Shown here one piece after another: positions 48,152 to 55,703 of a stretch of 64,000 nt of DNA. This stretch comes from an uncultured Thermoleophilia bacterium (GTDB lineage Bacteria > Actinomycetota > Thermoleophilia > UBA2241): assembly GCA_963702475.1 (NCBI GenBank), contig CAVPCT010000005.1:832001-896000 (forward strand), in the 5' to 3' direction. The notes under the pieces were generated by a model. That model searched no databases. It was not told the DNA's origin and worked only from the letters and a program-made list of their open reading frames with translations. The position numbers were made by a program, and so were the translations under genes. Within the stretch, counting starts at the first letter, position 1. The number at the start of each line of letters is the position of its first letter.

Positions 48152-48994
48152 CAGAACGCCTCCTCGAGACCCTGGACGTCGGCGAACGAGAACACCGGGC
48201 CGTCGACACACACGTACTTGTCGTTGATCTGGCAGTGGCCGCACTTGCCGACGCCGCACTTCATGCGACGCTCGAGGTCGACGAACACGTTGTCGCGCGG
48301 GATGCCGATCATGTCGAGCTCGCGGATGACGAACCGGTAGAAGATCGGCGGGCCGCAGATGACGGCGCGCGTCTCGGGCGAGAGCTGGACCTGGGGGAAC
48401 AGCGTGGTGATGACGCCCACGTTGCCCGACCAGGTGTCGTCGCCGTGGTCCACGGTCTCGAAGAACTCGACGCCGTTGAACTCGCGCCACTCGGCGAGGT
48501 CATCGGTGAAGAGCTGCAGCTTGGGCTCGCGCGCGCCGTAGAAGAGGATGAAGCGCTTGAACTCGTCGCGGCGGTCCAGGATGTACTCGATGAGGCTGCG
48601 GGTCGGGCAGAGGCCGATGCCGCCGGCCACGATGAGCACGTCGTGTCCGCGCAGCTTCGCCAGGTCGAACCCGTTTCCGAGCGGCCCGCGGATGTACACG
48701 GAGTCGCCCTCTTTGAGACTGGTGACCGCGTTGGACACGCGGCCGACGGCGCGGACCACGAGATCGAATGTGTTCTTGCGCGTCGGCGAGCTGGCGTAAC
48801 CCAGTGGGATCTCGCCGTAGCCGAAGAGCGACAGCTCCACGATCTGGCCGGGCTCGTATTCCATGGGCTGGCCGTCGGCCATCTTCAAGCGTGAAGTGCG
48901 TCTCCGTGGGAGTGGCCTGCGCGCAGCGCAGGACGGTGGCCTCACGGGGGAGAAAGATGTTCTCTACTTCGGTCCAGTGGCACTGGTGATCCAT
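48151..48994 (-). CDS. hydG: FAD/NAD(P)-binding subunit (sulfhydrogenase gamma); one apparent +1 frameshift near 48887
   Basis: MDHQCHW...THFTL then, in the next frame, KMADGQPMEYEPGQ...RGPLGNGF, AGGIGLCP, CGPP, LERRMKCGVGKCGHC, CVDGPVF. Confidence 0.9.
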
Positions 48995-49005
48995 CTCTAA
49001 GCTCC

Positions 49006-50034
49006 TCACGAGGCCATGATCTTGTCGATGACGCGGACGGGATCGGCGATGTCCGCGGTGCACCCGGCAGAGCAGCGGCCGCACCCCACGCACGCCGGGC
49101 CGCCCAGCTTCACGTTCAGGTACGTGGCCTTGCGCATCATGCGGTGCCGGAAGCGCGAAGCCCGCTCCTCGCGGAAGTTCTCGCAGGCGCCTTCGCCCAG
49201 CGAGCACTTGGCGAAATCCTCGGTGAGGCAGCCGTCCCAGAAACGCGTGCGCTGCCCCGACGTCTGGTCCACATTCCACGTGTCCTGGACGTCGAAGCAG
49301 TAGCAGGTGGGGCACACGGTGTTGCAGGTGCCGCACGAGAAGCAGTCGTGCGCCAGTTCCGTCCACAGCTCCTCGTTCTTGAACGAGGCGCGCACCTTCT
49401 CGGAGATGTCGCGGGTGCCGTGCTCGAGCTTCTCGGGGCACTTCTCGAGCGCGGCGTAGTTGACCGCGGCGGCCTCGGCGACCTGAGATTGCGTGGCCGG
49501 CTCGAAGAGGCCGTACTGCAGGAGGGCCCCGCCACGCTCGGTCCGCGTCTCGAACACGTAGCCGCCGGTGATGGCCGTGAGGAAGGCGTCGTGTCCGCGC
49601 GGCTGCACGTGATGGCCCACCGTGGCGAAGAAGGCGCGGCTGGAGACGTTCTGGATGTTCGAGGCGACGATCGTCGTGGTCTCGCGATGCGCCATGTAGT
49701 TGACATCGTAGTTGCGCTCGGAGAAGAGCTGGTCGGTCTGGTCGATCGCCTTGACGTCGTAGAAGTGGACGCCGAAGAGGATCTTCTCCGCGGGCTCGAG
49801 AGGCGCGTGGAACCCGCTCTCGCTGAAGTGGAGCAGGTCTTGCGCGGGCGGGAAGAAGAGCTTCTTGGGCGGGAGGATGGTGACGTCGTAGTCGAGCCGC
49901 AGCTCGGCGGGCGACTCCAGGCGCTCGAACGCGAAGCGCGAACGCTTGGCCACCGGCCCGTACACCGGACCCGCTTCGATCATGGCGGTCACGAACGCCG
50001 CAAAGTCGTCACTCCTTATGAATGAGACAGTCAT
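49006..50034 (-). CDS. hydB: 4Fe-4S dicluster subunit (sulfhydrogenase beta/AsrA-like)
   Basis: TILPPKKLFFP, CFSCGTCNTVCPTCYCF, CVGCGRCSAGC. Confidence 0.92.
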   Translation of the reverse strand: MTVSFIRSDDFAAFVTAMIEAGPVYGPVAKRSRFAFERLESPAELRLDYDVTILPPKKLFFPPAQDLLHFSESGFHAPLEPAEKILFGVHFYDVKAIDQTDQLFSERNYDVNYMAHRETTTIVASNIQNVSSRAFFATVGHHVQPRGHDAFLTAITGGYVFETRTERGGALLQYGLFEPATQSQVAEAAAVNYAALEKCPEKLEHGTRDISEKVRASFKNEELWTELAHDCFSCGTCNTVCPTCYCFDVQDTWNVDQTSGQRTRFWDGCLTEDFAKCSLGEGACENFREERASRFRHRMMRKATYLNVKLGGPACVGCGRCSAGCTADIADPVRVIDKIMAS

Positions 50035-50284
50035 CGGACCTCGCTCGATTGGACACGGACTCCGCTCGCGCGTGGCAAGCGGCCAGACTCGGCAGACCTC
50101 CCTCGGCGGGGAGGCGCCGCAACCTCACGGTGACACATCACGGTCTTTCGGGGACAGCGCAAGCGCCGGCTCATGATGGCCGGCGCACGATGGCTCCGCA
50201 GCGTCACGCGCTTGGGGCATCGACCAGTACCAGGCTCCTCCTTTCTGGCAGGTACACGCGAGAAGTACCGGGAAGAGTACCTGA

Positions 50285-50302
50285 TTGCGAAATGCGTCAC
50301 AA
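50285..50302. promoter_or_regulatory. Rex-like operator upstream of the hydrogenase operon
   Basis: TTGCGAA-ATGC-GTCACAA versus the Rex consensus TTGTGAA-N4-TTCACAA (2 mismatches). Confidence 0.65.
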
Positions 50303-50507
50303 TGCCTTTCGAGGTGTTTCGCAGAAGTTCGATGAGCTGTCAAGGGTGGCCCGCAGTTGAGCCCGGCGAGACGGTGGCCGGAGGAGGCGACCGGCCCGAC
50401 GCGAGCCTGAACGGGGCGGGGGCCGGCGTCGTACGGCGCCGGCCCCCGGTGTCTCGGCCCTCACTCCCGCCGGGACGGCAGCGTCCCGCGCGGGAAGCCG
50501 CGAGCCG

Positions 50508-50981
50508 TCAAGCGGCCCGGCGTTCTGACGACGACCGGCCCGGCATCGTGCCCGCGGACCCGCCGATCTCACGTGGCGCCTCGGCCACCGCGGCCGCCTG
50601 CGCCCAGTCGCCGCGAGCGATCAGCCCGTAGACGACCAGGCCGTAGACGCCCATCAGGACGAGGGACCAGAGCGGGTACGCCTGCGCGGAGAGCATCTGC
50701 GCGAGAAACGCCAGGCCGGCGACCACGACGCCCGTCCAGCGCGCCCACTCGCGGCGGGTCGAGACGATCGCCAGACCAGAGAGCACGGCGACGATGCCGA
50801 GCCCGAAGGTGATCCAGCCCCAGGTCTCGAGCCCGCTGAACGGGAAGACCGCCGTCGAGGAGAAGAACGAGGACCTGTACACGGCCATGAGGCCGTCGAT
50901 GATGCCGGCGATGCCGGCGATGATGAGGACCGCGGCCGAGAACGCCGGCCATCCGGCGGTCCTTGATGGACTCTGTTCCAT
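50508..50981 (-). CDS. Small four-helix membrane protein (DUF7144-like)
   Basis: GWPAFSAAVLIIAG, WGWI..GLG, WARWTGV, YPLWS pattern typical of actinobacterial membrane proteins. Confidence 0.8.
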   Translation of the reverse strand: MEQSPSRTAGWPAFSAAVLIIAGIAGIIDGLMAVYRSSFFSSTAVFPFSGLETWGWITFGLGIVAVLSGLAIVSTRREWARWTGVVVAGLAFLAQMLSAQAYPLWSLVLMGVYGLVVYGLIARGDWAQAAAVAEAPREIGGSAGTMPGRSSSERRAA

Positions 50982-51173
50982 CTCAACACCTCACTGGTGT
51001 CGTAGCTCTATGACGTCCCCTCCAGACGAGTGGTGCCCCGAACGGTCGCGCGCCCAACCGCCAGGGCGTCGGGCGCAGACGCGGGCGGGGTGCGCGGGCG
51101 CGTGCGCCGTACGGGCGGTGGGGCCGGGTACGCTGCTCCCGGCCCCACCGCTCGCCTCGCGCGGGCGTAACCC

Positions 51174-52433
51174 TCAGCAGGCGCGACCCGGACCCGCCGG
51201 CGCGCCGGCGGGTTCAACGAGCGCCGTCGCGGCCACAGCGCGGCCGGCGCCGGCCGGCGCTGCTTGGGGCGCGGCGACGCGCCCGGGCGCCGGCAGCGGC
51301 TTCATACCGCACAGCCAGCGGACCACGTTCACTCGGCGGATGGCGAGCTCGTACACCAGCACGGAGACGACGACCGAGGTCGCCAGGATGACCCCGAACT
51401 TGAGCGGCACACCCACGCCCCACTGCACGACCACGAAGGCCACGGCGACGATCACTGTCTGGTGCAGCAGGTAGACCGGGTACGAGGCCTCGGCGGCGTA
51501 GGACGTGAAGCGGTTGGAGGCGCGCAGAAAGCGCCGGCCGTAGGCGAGCAGCGCCACCAGGATGCACCAGGGGAGCACGGCGCCGAGGTAGTACTCGAGC
51601 GGCGCGGCGGTCCAGGCGGGCATGGCGGGCCAGCCGTAGACGTTGAAGGTCGCCACGGCGACGAGGGCGAGCGGCCCGAGGACGAGCGCCGGCAGGCGGT
51701 GCCTGTCGATGGCCTGCTGGAAGCGGGCGTCGGCCATCACCAGGTAGCCCAGGAGGAACACGGCCAGGTAGAAGACGGGGTTGCCTCCGGCGATCTCCGG
51801 CGCGAACCTGGCCGGCACCAGCGCGAGGGCGAACAGCAGGATGACGCCGGGCACGGAGGCGGCACGGGCGAGCACGTCCACGACGCGCCGCCCGGCGTCC
51901 CGGCGCAGGAAGAGGAGCACCGGCAGCGCGATGAGGGCGTAGAGCAGCAGGTGCACGATGAACCACAGGTGGCCCCACGTGTGGCCGCCGAGGAAGTAGC
52001 CGTCCAGGTCGGCGGGGTTCAGCTGGAAGAACTGCGGCAGCCAGGACAAGTACCCCGGCGCACTGCCGGAGTGGCTCAGCAGCCCAAGGTAGGACTGCGG
52101 CGGGATCAGCACAACCAGGCCGAAGAGGAACGGCACGAGCAGGCGCTTGACGCGCTCGCCGGCGAAGGTGCGTCCGCTGCGGCGTCCCAGTGCGAACCAG
52201 CTTGCGGCGCCGGCGAGCAGGAAGAGCAGCGGCATGTGCCACGGCTCCATGAACGCGATGAACCAGGTGAGGCCTGCGCTGAGCTGATCGTTCTTGACGT
52301 AGAAGTCGCTCCAGACGTCAAAGACCCGCGCCGTGTGGAACGGAAAGAGCAGCAGCACGGCGATGATGCGGAGCCAGGCGATATCCATGCGGCGCTCGCC
52401 TGACGCGGTCCTGAGTTCGATGGGCTTGGACAT
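51174..52433 (-). CDS. Acyltransferase family 3 (OpgC/MdoC-like) membrane protein
   Basis: RRMDIAWLR, FH, MPLLFLLAG, ERVKRLLVP, HLWF, ASYPVYLLHQ. Confidence 0.92.
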   Translation of the reverse strand: MSKPIELRTASGERRMDIAWLRIIAVLLLFPFHTARVFDVWSDFYVKNDQLSAGLTWFIAFMEPWHMPLLFLLAGAASWFALGRRSGRTFAGERVKRLLVPFLFGLVVLIPPQSYLGLLSHSGSAPGYLSWLPQFFQLNPADLDGYFLGGHTWGHLWFIVHLLLYALIALPVLLFLRRDAGRRVVDVLARAASVPGVILLFALALVPARFAPEIAGGNPVFYLAVFLLGYLVMADARFQQAIDRHRLPALVLGPLALVAVATFNVYGWPAMPAWTAAPLEYYLGAVLPWCILVALLAYGRRFLRASNRFTSYAAEASYPVYLLHQTVIVAVAFVVVQWGVGVPLKFGVILATSVVVSVLVYELAIRRVNVVRWLCGMKPLPAPGRVAAPQAAPAGAGRAVAATALVEPAGAPAGPGRAC

Positions 52434-52558
52434 GAAGCACCTCCGGACGGGGGACTGACCTGCTGGCTTGCAGTCCCATCCTGGCGGTGCGCCGACGACG
52501 CCACATCGGGCGCGAGAACCATCTTCGCCGTGGTCTGGAGGATGATCTTGTGCGGGAG

Positions 52559-52580
52559 GCGTAGGTCCTGAGACCTACGC
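52559..52580. promoter_or_regulatory. Perfect palindrome, candidate NarL-type regulator site upstream of the acyltransferase
   Basis: GCGTAGGTC-CTGA-GACCTACGC, about 125 bp upstream of the ATG at 52433. Confidence 0.6.
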
Positions 52581-52639
52581 CCTCAGGCGGGGCCGGCGTC
52601 AGCCGGGCGCGCGGAGCGGCCTGCCCGCGGGCGCAGGCG

Positions 52640-53602
52640 TCAGCCGTGCGCGGGACGCAGCTCGGCGATGAGGCCGCGCATCTCGGCCAGCGCCTGCTGC
52701 GTGTCGCCCTGGATCGCGACGACCAGATCTGCGGCCTCGCTGCCCTGCCCGGCTTCGGCCGTCGCCGCCGCCAGACGCCGCTGCGCGGCCTCGGCGGCGG
52801 CGACGATGCCGTCGATGCGCGTGGCCACCGAGTCGTTGAGCTGGCGCGCCACGCGGTCGCGCTCCGCGACGGCGGCCAGCCCGCCGGCCTGGGGAGCGTA
52901 TGCCTCGAGCTGTACCTTGGCCGCCCGTAGGCCGTCCAGCATGACCTGGCTCTGCCGCCGTGCCGCCTCGAGGTCGCGCGCCACGACGACGTAGGCCGCC
53001 ACCACGACCTCTGGAGCCAGGGTCATGCTCGCCTCCGCGAGGCCTGCGAGCGGATCCTCGAGCAGGACCAGGGGCAGCACCGCCGAGAGCGCGGCGACGA
53101 CCCCGACCCAGATCCAGATCGTGCGCCCTGTGAACACCACGGCAGCGACCGCAGCGAACGGGATGAACAGCGCCACCAGGAAGTCGACCTCGGTTCCCTT
53201 CGAGAGGAACATCATCGCCGTAACGAGCAGGCACTGGACCGCCAGCAGCACGTGGACCGCCCACTTCCGCCGCGGTGTGCGCAGCAGGGTGACCACGCAC
53301 AGCACGGTCGCCAGCCCGCCCAGGCCGACGTACCACAGGCCGAGCTGCGCATCGCCGGCCACGACGAGCGCGCGGGCGAGCTGGGCCGCGAACCCGACAC
53401 AACAGACGACGACGACGAGCAGGAGGACCGGCTTCGAGAGCACGCCCCTGCCCGCGATCCGGGCGTCGTCCGCAGTCGCGCCCGCGCCCCGGGCGCCGGT
53501 CGGCGCCACGGGAGCGCCCGCATCCGCGGCCGTGGCTGCGGTCGCCGGCACCGCACCGCCCCGCGCCCCGCCCGCGCCCCCCGCTGTCGCCGGCGACGTC
53601 AC
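52640..53602 (-). CDS. Membrane sensor pseudokinase: HisKA_3 with His-to-Asn change and no ATPase domain
   Basis: About six hydrophobic segments, ERDRVARQLNDSV, ends QALAEMRGLIAELRPAHG*. Confidence 0.8.
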   Translation of the reverse strand: MTSPATAGGAGGARGGAVPATAATAADAGAPVAPTGARGAGATADDARIAGRGVLSKPVLLLVVVVCCVGFAAQLARALVVAGDAQLGLWYVGLGGLATVLCVVTLLRTPRRKWAVHVLLAVQCLLVTAMMFLSKGTEVDFLVALFIPFAAVAAVVFTGRTIWIWVGVVAALSAVLPLVLLEDPLAGLAEASMTLAPEVVVAAYVVVARDLEAARRQSQVMLDGLRAAKVQLEAYAPQAGGLAAVAERDRVARQLNDSVATRIDGIVAAAEAAQRRLAAATAEAGQGSEAADLVVAIQGDTQQALAEMRGLIAELRPAHG

Positions 53603-53603
53603 C

Positions 53604-54296
53604 TCACCCCTCGTCCGCGAGCCCGTGCCTGATGGCGAAGACGGCGAGCTGCGTGCGGTCCTTCAGCCCGAGCTTAGCGAGCACGTGGCTCACGTGGGCC
53701 TTCACGGTCTTCTCGCTGATCCAGAGCCGCCCGGCGATCTCGTGGTTGGTGAGCCCCTGCGCCACGAGGCGGACCACCTCGGCCTCGCGCTCGGTGAGGT
53801 CGCCGGCACGCGGCGCCGGCGCAGCAGCGTCGGGCGGCGCGGCTCCGGGCGGCGCGCCGCCGCCCGCCCTCGCCGCCTCCATGAGCTTGCGCGCCACCTC
53901 CGGGTGCAGACGCGGCTCGCCGCGGTACGCGGCGCGGACGGCCGCGACCAGGTCCTCCGGTGAGACGTCCTTGAGCAGGTAGCTCGCCGCGCCGGCCTCG
54001 ATGGCCGGGAAGATCTGGTCGTCCTCGGCGAAGCTCGTCAGCACGATCACGCTGATGGGCAGGCCCAGCTCGCCGATGCGGCGCGTGGCCGCGATGCCGT
54101 CCAGCTCCGGCATCACCAAGTCCATGAGCACGACGTCCGGCTCCAGCTTCTCGGCCATCTCCACGGCGGCCGCCCCATCGGCTGCTTCGCCCACCACGAC
54201 CACGTCGTCCTGCAGCTCCAGGAAGGTCCGCAGACCCTGGCGCACGACCTGGTGGTCGTCGACGATCATGACCTTGATGCTCTCCTCGCCCGTCAC
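53604..54296 (-). CDS. NarL/LiaR-family response regulator
   Basis: VMIVDDHQVVR, VLMDLVMP, LTSF, LLKD; LTEREAEV...TVKAHVSHVLAKLG. Confidence 0.95.
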   Translation of the reverse strand: MTGEESIKVMIVDDHQVVRQGLRTFLELQDDVVVVGEAADGAAAVEMAEKLEPDVVLMDLVMPELDGIAATRRIGELGLPISVIVLTSFAEDDQIFPAIEAGAASYLLKDVSPEDLVAAVRAAYRGEPRLHPEVARKLMEAARAGGGAPPGAAPPDAAAPAPRAGDLTEREAEVVRLVAQGLTNHEIAGRLWISEKTVKAHVSHVLAKLGLKDRTQLAVFAIRHGLADEG

Positions 54297-55531
54297 CGCC
54301 CCACCTCCTCACGTTGCTCGACCACGACGCGCGTGCCGCCCCCGGGCACCGGCTCGACACGGAGCTCCCAGCCGATCTCCGCGGCCCGTTCCCGCATGCC
54401 GCTCAACCCCATGCCGCGGCCGACGCGCGCCGCCGAGGCGTCGAACCCCCGGCCGTCGTCCAGGACCTCGAGCCTGCGCGGCGGCGACCGCCGCAGCCGC
54501 ACCGTAGCGTGCTCCGCGGCCGCGTGCTTGACCACGTTGTTGAGCGCCTCCTGCGCGATGCGGAACAGCGCGTGCTCCTCCGCCGGCGAGAGGCTGGGCG
54601 CCGGCGACGGACCGTCCGCGGCCGGCGGCGTCGTCGCCTCGGGCGCTTTCTCCTCCCCCACGACCTCCCGTCGCACGCTCAGGCCCTCGGGCCACGCGCG
54701 CTCCGCGATGTGCCGCCGCAGCGCCGCCTCCAGCCCCTCCTCCCCGGGTTCGTCACCCTCAGCCAGCTCGGAGCCAAGAGCACGGATCTCCTCCAGCGCG
54801 CTCCGTCCGAGCTGCACCAGCTGGTCAAGCTGCGCCGAGGCCGCACCGCGGTCGCGCGGCACCAGCAGCACCGCGGACTGCGCCGTCAGGTTCATGCTGA
54901 ACACCGTCTGCGTCACCGAGTCGTGCAGCTCGCGCGCCAGACGGTGACGCTCCTCGGCGGCCGCCAGGCGTTCGACCCGCCGCGCCGAGGCCTCCACCTC
55001 CCGGTTCGCCACAGCGAGCTCGGCGGCGAGGGTCTCGTTGCCGACGCGTGCATCCGCGACGCGCGCCGTGACGAGGGTGAACAGGGCGAGGAAGACGGCC
55101 AGACCCGCGTACATGACCGCGAACATCACCGCTTGCACCAGGTCGTAGCTCAGGGAGAGCGCCAGCGCCGTCAGCGAGGCGAACAGGGCGATCCACAGCA
55201 GGGTCGCCTTCCGGCCGAGGCGCTGCATGACGCGCATGCTCACGACGCCGAACAGGATGGCGTAGAAATCCCCGTGCCACACGCGAGCCATGAGCACGAC
55301 GACCACCACGGTCAGGGCGGCGAGGACGACCGGGCAGAAGGAGGCCCAGCGCGGCGTGACGACCGCCTCGAGCACGAGCAGCACCAGCCAGACCGCCAGG
55401 AGGAGGAGCACATCGGACAGAAGCGGATCACCGGAGAGGCGGACCACGGACCGCAGTACCGTGACCGCGAAGAGGAGGCAGGCGGTGAGCAGGAAGATCG
55501 AGCGGTAGAGCCGGTCGGCAGAGCCAGTCAT
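54293..55531 (-). CDS. NarX/LiaS-type membrane sensor histidine kinase (HisKA_3); start uncertain
   Basis: Multi-TM N-terminus, EERHRLARELHDSV, RIAQEALNNVVKHA, DDGRGF, GMGLSGMRER. Confidence 0.93.
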   Translation of the reverse strand: MTGSADRLYRSIFLLTACLLFAVTVLRSVVRLSGDPLLSDVLLLLAVWLVLLVLEAVVTPRWASFCPVVLAALTVVVVVLMARVWHGDFYAILFGVVSMRVMQRLGRKATLLWIALFASLTALALSLSYDLVQAVMFAVMYAGLAVFLALFTLVTARVADARVGNETLAAELAVANREVEASARRVERLAAAEERHRLARELHDSVTQTVFSMNLTAQSAVLLVPRDRGAASAQLDQLVQLGRSALEEIRALGSELAEGDEPGEEGLEAALRRHIAERAWPEGLSVRREVVGEEKAPEATTPPAADGPSPAPSLSPAEEHALFRIAQEALNNVVKHAAAEHATVRLRRSPPRRLEVLDDGRGFDASAARVGRGMGLSGMRERAAEIGWELRVEPVPGGGTRVVVEQREEVGR

Positions 55532-55642
55532 ACGTCGCGTCACCCGTCCGGACGGTCCGCGACCCCGCGGCGCCGGGAGGCGGAGGGACGGGCCAATCAT
55601 AGCGGGCGGCGGGGGGGTGTCTACGTCTGGCGGGACAAGATT

Positions 55643-55676
55643 ACGGGGCGGGGAGCTTCGCGGCTCCCCGCCCCGT
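55643..55676 (-). terminator. Hairpin downstream of the giant secreted-protein gene
   Basis: ACGGGGCGGGGAGC-TTCGCG-GCTCCCCGCCCCGT, 14-bp stem. Confidence 0.65.
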
Positions 55677-55703
55677 CCCCTGCCGCAGGGACTGCCCCGC
55701 CCC

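Noticed and set aside
48881-48892. Programmed frameshift in hydG
   Set aside because: No slippery heptamer or stimulatory structure; it matches the single-base-insertion pattern seen elsewhere in the window.
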